Made by a program: the position numbers and the translations under genes
In this document: piece after piece, positions 35,124-43,859 of the stretch
Numbering within the stretch: the first letter of the stretch is position 1
How the letters are laid out: each line of letters opens with the position of its first letter
DNA from: an uncultured virus (IMG/VR IMGVR_UViG_3300031555_001734)
Lineage: Duplodnaviria > Heunggongvirae > Uroviricota > Caudoviricetes
IMG/VR virus record: IMGVR_UViG_3300031555_001734
Length of the DNA: 64,000 nucleotides
Strand: one strand, 5' to 3'
The notes under the pieces: generated by a model
What the model saw: only the letters and a program-made list of their open reading frames with translations
Databases searched by the model: none
Told to the model about the DNA's origin: nothing

Positions 35124-36586
35124 TGGCATTTGAGGCCGTTAAGAACTTTATAAGGAGGATAAGGCGATTGTTCACGAACAATTTCATACAGTCCATTCCG
35201 GAGATCGCAAAGCTGCAGAGCGTGGCTTCGGAAAAGATGATCGAGGACATCGATCTGTGGCTGAATATGTATGGCGGGAGTGCTCCGTGGCTGAAGGAAA
35301 ATGATCAGTCGCTGAAGCTTCCCGCCATTATTGCGTCTGAGGTGGCTCGGCTGGTCACTCTGGAAATGCAGGTGGAAGTCACCGGCTCGCCGATGGCTGA
35401 TTACATTGACGAGATGCTGAAGATGATTCGGAAGAATGCCCGGCTCATCACAGAATACGCCTGTGCCGGCGGTGGCCTGATCATCAAGCCTTGCGTGGGC
35501 AGCGAGAAGATCCACCCTGAGTTCATCCAGGCAAACGCTTTCTTCCCGATCGCCTATAACAGTAGCATGAAGATCACTTCCGCATACTTCATCTACCGTC
35601 ATTGGGAAGGAAAGAGAGTTTTCAGCCGTCTCGAAAAGCATGAGCTGATCGGAACTACCTACACCGTGACCAACGAGGCTTTTGTCTCTACCATGGAGCA
35701 GACCTTGGGTAAACGGTGTGAACTGGCCGAAGTTGCAGAGTGGGCAGACATCGATCCCGAGGTGAAGATCCAGGGCATCGATTCTCCTCTGTTCTCTTAC
35801 TTCAAGATCCCCATCGGCAATACAACGGATATGACATCTCCTCTGGGCGTGTCCGTGTACAGCCGAGCTGTTGAACTGATCCGGGATGCCGACGAGCAGT
35901 ACCAGCGCTTCCTTTGGGAATACGAAGGCGGCGAACTGGCTATCGATGCATCCTCTGATGCCTTTGCTGTCTTTGATGGCATCCCGCAGCTGCCGAAGGG
36001 CAAGGAACGCTTGTACCGCACGAATGACCTCGATGCCGCGGCTCTGACGGGATCCACCAATGAGCTCCTGAAGGCATGGGCACCCAACCTCCGGGACAGC
36101 AACTACATGAGCGGTCTGAATCGTATCCTGATGCAGATTGAAGATGCCTGCTGCCTGTCCCGTGGTACCCTGTCCGATCCCACTGAGGCCGCAAAGACAG
36201 CCACAGAAATCAAGATCATGAAGCAGAGATCCTACACCCTCATATCAGACATCCAGGAGTCGTTTGAGGCGGCGATCGAGGATTATATCTATGCGGTGTA
36301 TGTCCTGGCACAGCTTTACGATATGGCTCCTGATGGTAAATACACCACGAATTACAAGTGGGATGACAGCATCATTGTCGATACCGAAGCAGAGAAACTT
36401 GCTGACCAGCAGGAAGTTTCTCAGGGCCTGATGCAGAAGTGGGAGTACCGTGTGAAATGGTACGGTGAAACTGAGGTGCAGGCCAAGAAGATCCTGGCGG
36501 AATCTCAGAGCATGACTGACGATCAGATCCTTGGCTTTGACGGTAACGATCCGCTTAAGGAGCCTGAAGAGGATCCCAAGAAGTAA
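35123..36586 (+). CDS. Portal protein (SPP1/A118-type)
   Basis: Follows TerL; SPLGVSVY, KTATEI, WDDSII motifs. Confidence 0.9.
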   Translation: MAFEAVKNFIRRIRRLFTNNFIQSIPEIAKLQSVASEKMIEDIDLWLNMYGGSAPWLKENDQSLKLPAIIASEVARLVTLEMQVEVTGSPMADYIDEMLKMIRKNARLITEYACAGGGLIIKPCVGSEKIHPEFIQANAFFPIAYNSSMKITSAYFIYRHWEGKRVFSRLEKHELIGTTYTVTNEAFVSTMEQTLGKRCELAEVAEWADIDPEVKIQGIDSPLFSYFKIPIGNTTDMTSPLGVSVYSRAVELIRDADEQYQRFLWEYEGGELAIDASSDAFAVFDGIPQLPKGKERLYRTNDLDAAALTGSTNELLKAWAPNLRDSNYMSGLNRILMQIEDACCLSRGTLSDPTEAAKTATEIKIMKQRSYTLISDIQESFEAAIEDYIYAVYVLAQLYDMAPDGKYTTNYKWDDSIIVDTEAEKLADQQEVSQGLMQKWEYRVKWYGETEVQAKKILAESQSMTDDQILGFDGNDPLKEPEEDPKK

Positions 36587-36598
36587 GGCGGTGCATAG

Positions 36599-37783
36599 AT
36601 GTTACCACCTGAATATCTGATTGGGTGTGCGGATGAGGTTGTGGAAACCTTTGCGGCTGTCGAGGATGAAATCATAGCAGATGTGGCCAAACGGATAGTC
36701 AAGATGAGGCTTGTATCTGAGACTTCTGAATGGCAGATTATGAAAGCTCGTGAAGTCGGTCTGCTCAATCGGAATGTTCAGAAGATCCTGGCCGAAGCAT
36801 CCGGTTATTCCGAACAGGAGATCCGCAGGTTGATGAACGAAGCTGGAATGAAAGCGTTGGAGTATGACGATGCGATCTACCGCATGGCAGGCCTGCATCC
36901 GCTGGCCTTCTCCGAATCTCCTGCGCTTGCGGCTATTCTCCTGCACGGAACGGATGATACCCTGAAGCTGATAGCCAACTTCACTCAGACCAGGGCGATG
37001 ACGACAGAGGTTGCGTTCCGTAACCTCTGTGACAAAGCCTTTTTACAGGTTATGAGTGGTGCATACGATCCTGAGACAGCCATCCGCAGGGCGATCTGGG
37101 AACTGGCAAGGCAAGAGATCTCCAAGATAGCCTATCCATCCGGACATAAGTCAAGCATGGAAAATGCTGTCCGGAGAGCCGTTATAACTGGCGTAAATCA
37201 GAGCATTGCAAAGCTTCAGCTTGCCCGGGCAGATGAAATGGGTTGTGAGCTGGTCGAAGTTACATCCCACGCAGGCGCAAGACCTTCTCATGCTGTATGG
37301 CAAGGGCAGATCTATTGCATCCGAGGCAAACACAAGGAATACGAAGATTTCTATTCTGCTACCGGTTACGGTACCGGTGCAGGCTTGTGCGGTTGGAACT
37401 GTTACCACAATTTCTATCCGTATTTCGAGGGGTTATCTACCCCTGCATTCAGCCGGGATCCCTCCCGGGATGCAGGGCGCAGCAATAATGCTGACTATGA
37501 GAACCAGCAACAGCAAAGATACTATGAACGCCAGATCCGGGCAGCGAAGAAAGAATGTGTTGCTCTCAATGCCGCATACGAGGCAGCGAACGGATCGGCA
37601 AAGCAGTCGTTCAAAGAGGACTTCAACCAAGCAGCACTCAAGCTGAAACGGCGAGAGGCCAAGATGGACGACTTCTTACTCAGGACTGGACGCACCCGCC
37701 TGCGGGAGCGTGAACAAACTCCTGGCTTCAACCGCAGTGTAAGTTCAAGAGCGGTATGGGCCAAGAGGAAAAGTCAAACTTAA
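36599..37783 (+). CDS. Minor capsid / head morphogenesis protein
   Basis: VTSHAGARPSHAVWQG, GYG...GLCGWNC.H.FYP, QR.YERQIR..K. Confidence 0.88.
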   Translation: MLPPEYLIGCADEVVETFAAVEDEIIADVAKRIVKMRLVSETSEWQIMKAREVGLLNRNVQKILAEASGYSEQEIRRLMNEAGMKALEYDDAIYRMAGLHPLAFSESPALAAILLHGTDDTLKLIANFTQTRAMTTEVAFRNLCDKAFLQVMSGAYDPETAIRRAIWELARQEISKIAYPSGHKSSMENAVRRAVITGVNQSIAKLQLARADEMGCELVEVTSHAGARPSHAVWQGQIYCIRGKHKEYEDFYSATGYGTGAGLCGWNCYHNFYPYFEGLSTPAFSRDPSRDAGRSNNADYENQQQQRYYERQIRAAKKECVALNAAYEAANGSAKQSFKEDFNQAALKLKRREAKMDDFLLRTGRTRLREREQTPGFNRSVSSRAVWAKRKSQT

Positions 37784-37816
37784 TCCAAAACTAAGTAAAA
37801 CTAGGAGGATGAAATC

Positions 37817-38260
37817 ATGAAGGAACTCAAAAGAGATCTTCTGACCAGTAAATACACGAAGGTGGAAGTCGAGGAGGACTACTCCTACAACGCCCCTCAC
37901 CGGTACGTGGTCAAGAGAGCACACCATAATCTGGTCTGCAAGAATCCCGAGTGCGTGTTCAACTACTGCCCCTATCCCAACCAGGAGCAGTGCAGGGAAT
38001 ACGTGAAGAATGAGGATAGCGATGTCCTCTGCGAGATCCACTTCCAGGAAGGCCCCATCAAGGAATGTGGCGTCAATGGTGTCTGCAACGAAGACCTGAT
38101 TAACATGGTCATCGACCGCCTGGAACACTTCCAGAAAAGCGAGTTCAGCTGCCGGGAAAACGCTCTGGCAATTACCGCTCTGGAAGAGGCGCTGCTCTGG
38201 CTCCGTAAGCGGACCATGGGTAGAGAGCAGCGTGGCGTAGAAGGTACCCACACCGTCTGA
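37817..38260 (+). CDS. tad1: Tad1-family anti-defence sponge protein
   Basis: IHFQEGPIKE.GVNGV.NEDL..MV..RL..FQ...F.CRENALAIT.LEEALLWLRKRT..R..RGVEGTH matches my recollection of Tad1; Cys-rich insert present. Confidence 0.82.
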   Translation: MKELKRDLLTSKYTKVEVEEDYSYNAPHRYVVKRAHHNLVCKNPECVFNYCPYPNQEQCREYVKNEDSDVLCEIHFQEGPIKECGVNGVCNEDLINMVIDRLEHFQKSEFSCRENALAITALEEALLWLRKRTMGREQRGVEGTHTV

Positions 38261-38266
38261 TGATTC

Positions 38267-38303
38267 AAGCAACCGTCCGGATCCTCCGGATGGTTGCTTT
38301 TTT
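38267..38303 (+). terminator. Intrinsic terminator after tad1
   Basis: aagcaaccgtccgga/tccggatggttgctt stem plus T run. Confidence 0.85.
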
Positions 38304-38435
38304 CATACCGTATTTGCCCTGGGTCGTGGCATATAAACCGATCACATTACCCTAGCGTGCCGGGATATAAATGCACGCCCATCCATGCCGGAGAGAACCG
38401 GAGCTTAAACGAAATCAGGATGGAGGAGAGTTCAC

Positions 38436-39083
38436 ATGGAATTTTTGAAAGCGCTGTTTGGCACTACTGCCGATGGCAACCCCGAGGCTCTGACCTACGA
38501 TCAGCTTGCTGAAAAGGTCACTGCCGGCAAGCTCAAGGTCGTCAATCTCGCAGACGGTGGCTATGTCTCCAAGGACAAGCACAAGAACGAGATCGAAACC
38601 AGAGATGCCAAGATTTCTGGCTTGGAGACACAGCTCTCCGAGGCCAACACCACGATCCAGTCCTATAAAGACATGGATATCGATGGCATCAAGAAGTCTG
38701 CATCCGATTGGGAGCAGAAGCATGCCACCGATACCAAGGCTCTGCAGGATCAGCTGGACAGCATGGCCCGCAGTCACGCCGCGGATATGTTCATGGCTAA
38801 CTACAAGTTCTCTTCCAAGGCTGCTGCCGCAGGCATCAGAGCTGAGTTCGAGGCCAAGAAATTCGAGCTCAAGGACGGTGCCTTCGTTGGCGCAAAGGAG
38901 TGGATGGAAGGTCTGACCAAGGATCCCGACTATCAGCCTGCATTTGCTTCCGCTGAACCTCCCAAGAAGCCTAAGTTCTCCGACCCTGATCCCAAGAAGG
39001 ATCCTCCCCCTGCACGGAAGACCCTTTCTCAGATGATGACGGCGAAGAACGCAGACCCCAACTACGTAGCCACCTACGAATAA
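38436..39083 (+). CDS. Capsid scaffolding protein
   Basis: G.YVSKDK, coiled coil, Pro-rich tail; upstream of the major capsid gene. Confidence 0.8.
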   Translation: MEFLKALFGTTADGNPEALTYDQLAEKVTAGKLKVVNLADGGYVSKDKHKNEIETRDAKISGLETQLSEANTTIQSYKDMDIDGIKKSASDWEQKHATDTKALQDQLDSMARSHAADMFMANYKFSSKAAAAGIRAEFEAKKFELKDGAFVGAKEWMEGLTKDPDYQPAFASAEPPKKPKFSDPDPKKDPPPARKTLSQMMTAKNADPNYVATYE

Positions 39084-39102
39084 TTCAAGGAGGAATTAAC
39101 CT

Positions 39103-40161
39103 ATGCCTGGTGTTTTCAACTACAAGAATTTCAACGCAGAGGTGTTCCAGGGATACATGGAACGCATTCCCAACACCCAGCGCAACGAGCTCATCAAGAG
39201 CCGTGCAATCCGTCCCCGTCAGGATCTGGCCGCTGCCATGGCTGATCAGGTCGGTGGTAACTTCATCTCCACTCAGCTGCGTGGTCTGATCGGCGGAGAT
39301 CCCGACAACTACGACGGCGCTACCGACATCACCGATGCCACCACTGTCACTTTCAGCCACGATCGTGTGGTCGTTGGCCGTGCCAAGGGCTGGACTGAAC
39401 TGGACTTCGCTTACGACATCACCGGCGGCGAGGACTTCATGGAGAATGTCGCACAGCAGATCCATGACTACTGGGAGGAAGTCGACCAGGATACTCTGGT
39501 TGCCATCCTGACTGGTGTCTTCAATATGACCGACGCCGAGGGCGCTAAGTTCGTCGAGGCTCATACCTACGACGTTACCGCTATCGCCAACTCTGAGGGC
39601 AAGATGGGTCACATGGATGCTACTACCCTGAATACCGGCATTCAGAAGGCCTGCGGCGACAACAAGGGCAAGTTCAGCATGGTTATCATGCACTCCGCTG
39701 TTGCCACCAACCTGGAGAACCTCAAGGTTCTGGCTTACCTGAAGTACACCGATGCCAACGGCGTTGAGCGTGATCTGACTCTGGCTACCCTGAACGGCCG
39801 TCTGGTCATGGTCGACGACTCTATGCCCTCCGAGGCCGGCGAAGGCGGCACCGTCTACACCAGCTATGTTCTGGGTGATGGCGCCATTGAGTTCACCGAC
39901 TGCGGCGTCAAGGTTCCCTACGAGATGGACCGTAACGCAGCCAAGAACGGCGGTCAGGATACCCTGTACTCCCGTCAGCGTAAGTGCTTCGCACCTTACG
40001 GCATCTCCTTCACCAAGAAGTCCATGGCAACTGCATCTCCCACCAACGCTGAGCTGAAGAACGGTGTCAACTGGATGCTGGTTCACAGCGCAGAGGGTGA
40101 CAACATTCAGTACATCTCCCACAAGGCAATCCCCATCGCCCGTGTCCTGTCTCTGGGCTAA
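39103..40161 (+). CDS. Major capsid protein
   Basis: FN.EVF..Y, GRAKGW, MHSAVATNLE, R....GG.D.LY.R; strong codon bias; AAGGAGG SD. Confidence 0.9.
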   Translation: MPGVFNYKNFNAEVFQGYMERIPNTQRNELIKSRAIRPRQDLAAAMADQVGGNFISTQLRGLIGGDPDNYDGATDITDATTVTFSHDRVVVGRAKGWTELDFAYDITGGEDFMENVAQQIHDYWEEVDQDTLVAILTGVFNMTDAEGAKFVEAHTYDVTAIANSEGKMGHMDATTLNTGIQKACGDNKGKFSMVIMHSAVATNLENLKVLAYLKYTDANGVERDLTLATLNGRLVMVDDSMPSEAGEGGTVYTSYVLGDGAIEFTDCGVKVPYEMDRNAAKNGGQDTLYSRQRKCFAPYGISFTKKSMATASPTNAELKNGVNWMLVHSAEGDNIQYISHKAIPIARVLSLG

Positions 40162-40175
40162 GGAGGTAACCTATC

Positions 40176-40424
40176 ATGAAGAAGCTGGTTAAAGACGGCA
40201 AGTTCAAGTTTGTTGCCGATGCCCTGATTTCTGACTACAAGAAGGCCGGCTGGAAGACTGAGGAGGAAGCTGCGGCCCCTCCTCAGGTCGATCCCGAGGA
40301 GGGTAAGACCGCCCCCGAGGGTGAAACCGGCGAGATCAAGTTTACCTGCCCCGTGTGCGGCAAGGAATACAAGAGCGAAACCGCTCTGGCCAAGCACGTA
40401 GCCGAAAAGCACCCTGAGATCTAA
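40176..40424 (+). CDS. Small C2H2-type zinc-finger protein
   Basis: F.CPVCGKEY.....L.KH....H. Confidence 0.65.
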   Translation: MKKLVKDGKFKFVADALISDYKKAGWKTEEEAAAPPQVDPEEGKTAPEGETGEIKFTCPVCGKEYKSETALAKHVAEKHPEI

Positions 40425-40438
40425 AGAGGAGGTAAAGG

Positions 40439-40849
40439 ATGGCATACATCGATGCGTCTTACTATACCGAGAAGTTCGGTTCAGAAGATAATTTCAGCAG
40501 CGAGTTCGAGCGCATTGCTGATATTGCTTCTGATGTGATCGACAGCCTGTGTACGGTAACGCCTACCGAAAAGGATCTGGTCGACGACAGATTCAAAAAG
40601 GCCGTAGCCTATGAGGTTGAATTACTGGAAGCGCAAGGTGGAGTGGATGCCATTCTGGGCTTCTCTGAGGCCTCACAGTGCGGCGCAAACGAAAGCCTCG
40701 GAGATTATTCGGTTTCCGGGAATGGTGGCGCACAGCAGATTATAACCACTAATGGTGGCATTCCTGTGTCACCCATGACGATCTCACTGCTTCGGAAGTT
40801 GGGGCTTATGTCCAGATGGGCATATGCAGATCACTATAGAAGGCGGTGA
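40439..40849 (+). CDS. Head-tail connector (adaptor)
   Basis: MAYI...YY, AS..ID, KKAV, ES.GDYSVS. Confidence 0.75.
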   Translation: MAYIDASYYTEKFGSEDNFSSEFERIADIASDVIDSLCTVTPTEKDLVDDRFKKAVAYEVELLEAQGGVDAILGFSEASQCGANESLGDYSVSGNGGAQQIITTNGGIPVSPMTISLLRKLGLMSRWAYADHYRRR

Positions 40850-40855
40850 GTCGTC

Positions 40856-41257
40856 GTGCCGAGAAAGAGTATGCTTCGTCACGTCGTCTACCTTTTCAAC
40901 TATGTTGGAGAGGTAGACGAGAAAGCTACCTATCAACAGGCTGTGATACGGAATTGCTATTGCCCGATCGAGGATTCGATGCGGACAAGCGATTCCGGTT
41001 TGAAAACTGCTGACAACGTGAAGATGTACGTCTTCAAGAGGACGTCATCTGTGAGGTCGACCAGTGGATCTCGCTTGAAGTACATTCCGTACGACAAGTG
41101 GGAAAAGTTGGCTAGTAAAACGGGATACTGGACAATAAATCCTGGAAAGGATTACTTCGTCAGATCTGACCGGCAGGAACGGATTCGGGTGAAAAGTTTC
41201 AGTGACCGTGAGAGCGGAAGCCAACGAATGTGGCATTTTGAGGTGATTGGAAAATGA
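40856..41257 (+). CDS. Head closure/completion protein
   Basis: Position; WT...G.DY and HFEV motif. Confidence 0.6.
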   Translation: MPRKSMLRHVVYLFNYVGEVDEKATYQQAVIRNCYCPIEDSMRTSDSGLKTADNVKMYVFKRTSSVRSTSGSRLKYIPYDKWEKLASKTGYWTINPGKDYFVRSDRQERIRVKSFSDRESGSQRMWHFEVIGK

Positions 41258-41598
41258 GATGCAGACTTGTTATCCACACAAAACAATGCATGAACAGATT
41301 CGCACCTCGTTATGCGGCGGCTCAGAGATTCCTTGACAGCGAGGTTCTTCGTGGCTGCGCACCTTTTGTCCCTATGAGAACGGGATACCTGATGAAATCC
41401 GGAAATACCGGAACGACGATCGGCAGCGGTAAAGTCGTGTACAATGCACCTTATGCGAAGAAGTGCTTCTATGCTCGTAACGCAAGGTTTTCCAAAGATA
41501 AGCATCCCAAAGCATGCGCGCAATGGATTGAGCCGGCGAAAGCTGAGCACATGAAAGAGTGGCGTGACGGAGTGGATCAGATTTTGACAGGAGGTTAA
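41254..41598 (+). CDS. Minor capsid/neck protein
   Basis: AQ.FLD.EV.....FVP..TG.L..S, V.Y.APYA, W.E.AK. Confidence 0.75.
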   Translation: MRCRLVIHTKQCMNRFAPRYAAAQRFLDSEVLRGCAPFVPMRTGYLMKSGNTGTTIGSGKVVYNAPYAKKCFYARNARFSKDKHPKACAQWIEPAKAEHMKEWRDGVDQILTGG

Positions 41599-41600
41599 AA

Positions 41601-42056
41601 ATGGCACAGTTCTACCAATCTGACAATATCCTGATCCCGAAAGTTATGAGGGATCACATCAACACGTGGGAAAACCTGCCGGTTAGTATCAAACTGGAGG
41701 ATACTGGTAAAACGGTACCGTCCATGATGATACAGCAGCTGGCGGCGACTACAAAGAAGCGTAAGTATGTGAACGGAACCTATGTGGGTTTGTTCAATTT
41801 TGCGGTGTACATTGTCATCGATGGAGAGGACACTGCCTCCAGGATTGATGCACTGGCGGTGCTGAACGACTTGGGAGAATGGCTCTCCAAGAAGGACGAA
41901 GACGGCCAGTACGTAAACCTGCCCGATCTGGGGCAAGGTCGTCGCGCGATGTCAATCACACTTTCTTCCGCACCTTCGATTGCTGCAAAGCATGAGACAG
42001 GAGAGGAAGAATACCAGGCGCTTTTTGTCCTGGAGTACATTGCTTCCGGCAATTAA
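41601..42056 (+). CDS. Tail terminator-like protein
   Basis: Y..G.....F.F, LP.L, YQ....LEY; precedes the tail tube gene. Confidence 0.65.
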   Translation: MAQFYQSDNILIPKVMRDHINTWENLPVSIKLEDTGKTVPSMMIQQLAATTKKRKYVNGTYVGLFNFAVYIVIDGEDTASRIDALAVLNDLGEWLSKKDEDGQYVNLPDLGQGRRAMSITLSSAPSIAAKHETGEEEYQALFVLEYIASGN

Positions 42057-42109
42057 CGCTTGAATAATCAAACCATTACGCCCGATCATTGGGCGAGAAA
42101 GGAATACAC

Positions 42110-42619
42110 ATGGCTATTTCCAGTACCACTCTGAATGTTCCCAATCCTGTAATGCGTCAGAATGTCGCCGACTACCTGAAAGTTGACGATCAGTTCGAAC
42201 TGATGGGTGTCGGCTTTGAGACTCTGGACGAGTCTCCCAACGCTCAGTCTATGCAGAAGATCTACGTCAACCAGGCTACCGCAACCAACATCGTCAAAAG
42301 TTATCAGACTGAGTTCCCCTTCAGCGCTGATATGATCCAGTCTGAGGTTGCGCTGATGGCCCTGTATAAGGTTGGTCGTGACCACCTGACCGGCATTAAC
42401 GCCATGTTCGAGTATGTGCGTGTTGACCTGTTCAACTCCACAGGCGAGGAAGGCAAGAACGAGTACGAGGCCCGTAAGTTTATCGTTTCCTGCGAGGTAA
42501 CCGGCAACACCGGCAGCGGTGGTGAACCCCTGACTCTGGCAGGAACCCTGAAGTGTGTTGGCGACCCTGTTCAGGGTACCTTCAACACCGAAACCAAGGT
42601 CTTCACCGAGAAGACCTAA
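42110..42619 (+). CDS. Major tail (tube) protein
   Basis: LMG.GF..LDE.PNA....YVN, GDPV.GTF...TK.F. Confidence 0.8.
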   Translation: MAISSTTLNVPNPVMRQNVADYLKVDDQFELMGVGFETLDESPNAQSMQKIYVNQATATNIVKSYQTEFPFSADMIQSEVALMALYKVGRDHLTGINAMFEYVRVDLFNSTGEEGKNEYEARKFIVSCEVTGNTGSGGEPLTLAGTLKCVGDPVQGTFNTETKVFTEKT

Positions 42620-42638
42620 GTAATTGGAGGAGTAGTGC

Positions 42639-43040
42639 ATGAAATTCAAAATCAGAGACGAGGAGTTTGAAATTGACTTCCTCGATGCAGACGTGATGGA
42701 ACGGATTGAAGATGCCCTTCAGACCGTCGAACAGAAGAATACCCGTGAAGCATATGAAGGCTTGACTCAGAGCCAGCTTATCCGCAAGCAGTGCGGTACC
42801 ATCTTCGACTTCTTTGACGAAGTCTTTGGTGACGGCGCTCACAAGCGGATCTTCAAAGGCAAGTGCAATCTGAGGGATGCCCTCGGTGCTTTTGAGGCAT
42901 TCGTGCAGGCCAAGAACAACTCTGCCGGAGAACTGAAGGAGATCGCCGACCGGTACAGCCCCAACCGTGCGCAGCGTCGTGCTGCAGAGCACGGTAAAGG
43001 CAAGAACCATAATCGGAACCGGAAGAACGGGAGGCATTAA
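42639..43040 (+). CDS. Tail assembly chaperone
   Basis: DF.DAD..E, FFD.VFG.G....IF, PNRAQRR. Confidence 0.75.
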   Translation: MKFKIRDEEFEIDFLDADVMERIEDALQTVEQKNTREAYEGLTQSQLIRKQCGTIFDFFDEVFGDGAHKRIFKGKCNLRDALGAFEAFVQAKNNSAGELKEIADRYSPNRAQRRAAEHGKGKNHNRNRKNGRH

Positions 43041-43649
43041 ATGAATATGCTTCTCGATGAACTGCCTACCTCGGTGGTCATCGATGGCATTCAGTATGAC
43101 CTCAACTTCGACTTCCGATATTCGGTGATGTTCGAGATGCTTATGTTTGACGATGAAATCGGAGACACGGATAAGCTAAAGAAGGCGCTTAAGCTGTATT
43201 ATGGCGACCACATTCCGAAGGACATCAATCAGGCCACCGATAAAATCATGTGGTTTTATCGGTGTGGTAAGGAAGAAACCCAGAAAACGAGACGAAGAAA
43301 ACGAAGCGGATCCAGTGAGCGTTATTATGACTTCGATCATGATGATGCGTACATATATTCTGCTTTCCTCCAACAATTCGGTGTAGATCTCCAGGACGAA
43401 GATCTGCACTGGTGGAAATTCAAGGCAATGTTTCAGTCGTTGTCTGAGGACACGGAGTTCGTCAAGATCATGGGATACAGAAGCATCAAGATCACCCAGA
43501 ATATGACCAAATCCCAGAAGGATTTCTATTTGGACATGAAGCGAATTCATGCACTGCCGCTTCCTAAAACAGAGGTAGACAAAATCAAAGCGATTGAAGC
43601 TGCCCTGATGAATGGCGGAAACGTATCCGCATTACTTAAAGGGAGGTGA
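43041..43649 (+). CDS. Gp15-family tail assembly protein
   Basis: DFR, YDF..D...IY.AF.QQ.G.DL...LHWW.F.A.F..L, I.GYR. Confidence 0.85.
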   Translation: MNMLLDELPTSVVIDGIQYDLNFDFRYSVMFEMLMFDDEIGDTDKLKKALKLYYGDHIPKDINQATDKIMWFYRCGKEETQKTRRRKRSGSSERYYDFDHDDAYIYSAFLQQFGVDLQDEDLHWWKFKAMFQSLSEDTEFVKIMGYRSIKITQNMTKSQKDFYLDMKRIHALPLPKTEVDKIKAIEAALMNGGNVSALLKGR

Positions 43650-43654
43650 GTTCT

Positions 43655-43816
43655 GTGAGTGAACAGAAACCTTCTCCCGAAAAAGTAAAGTGTCCATACT
43701 GCGGGTATGAGATGCCGATTTTCATTCGCCCCCCGGCTATTTGCCGGGGGGTTTTCGTCAAGTGTAAAGGACGGAATTGTAAAAGAGAATTTGAAATAAC
43801 GTTGAATGTCAAGTAG
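43655..43816 (+). CDS. Com-like zinc-ribbon protein (53 aa)
   Basis: GGGAGG SD; KVKCPYCG...VKCKGRNCKREFEI; not in the ORF track. Confidence 0.65.
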   Translation: MSEQKPSPEKVKCPYCGYEMPIFIRPPAICRGVFVKCKGRNCKREFEITLNVK

Positions 43817-43859
43817 TGCCGTTGTGCCGATGACGGATCGCCATAGGAGGTGATTACCA

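Noticed and set aside
42639..43649. Programmed -1 frameshift between tail chaperones
   Set aside because: The two ORFs abut in the same frame (TAA then ATG) and no convincing slippery heptamer was seen near the end of the first.
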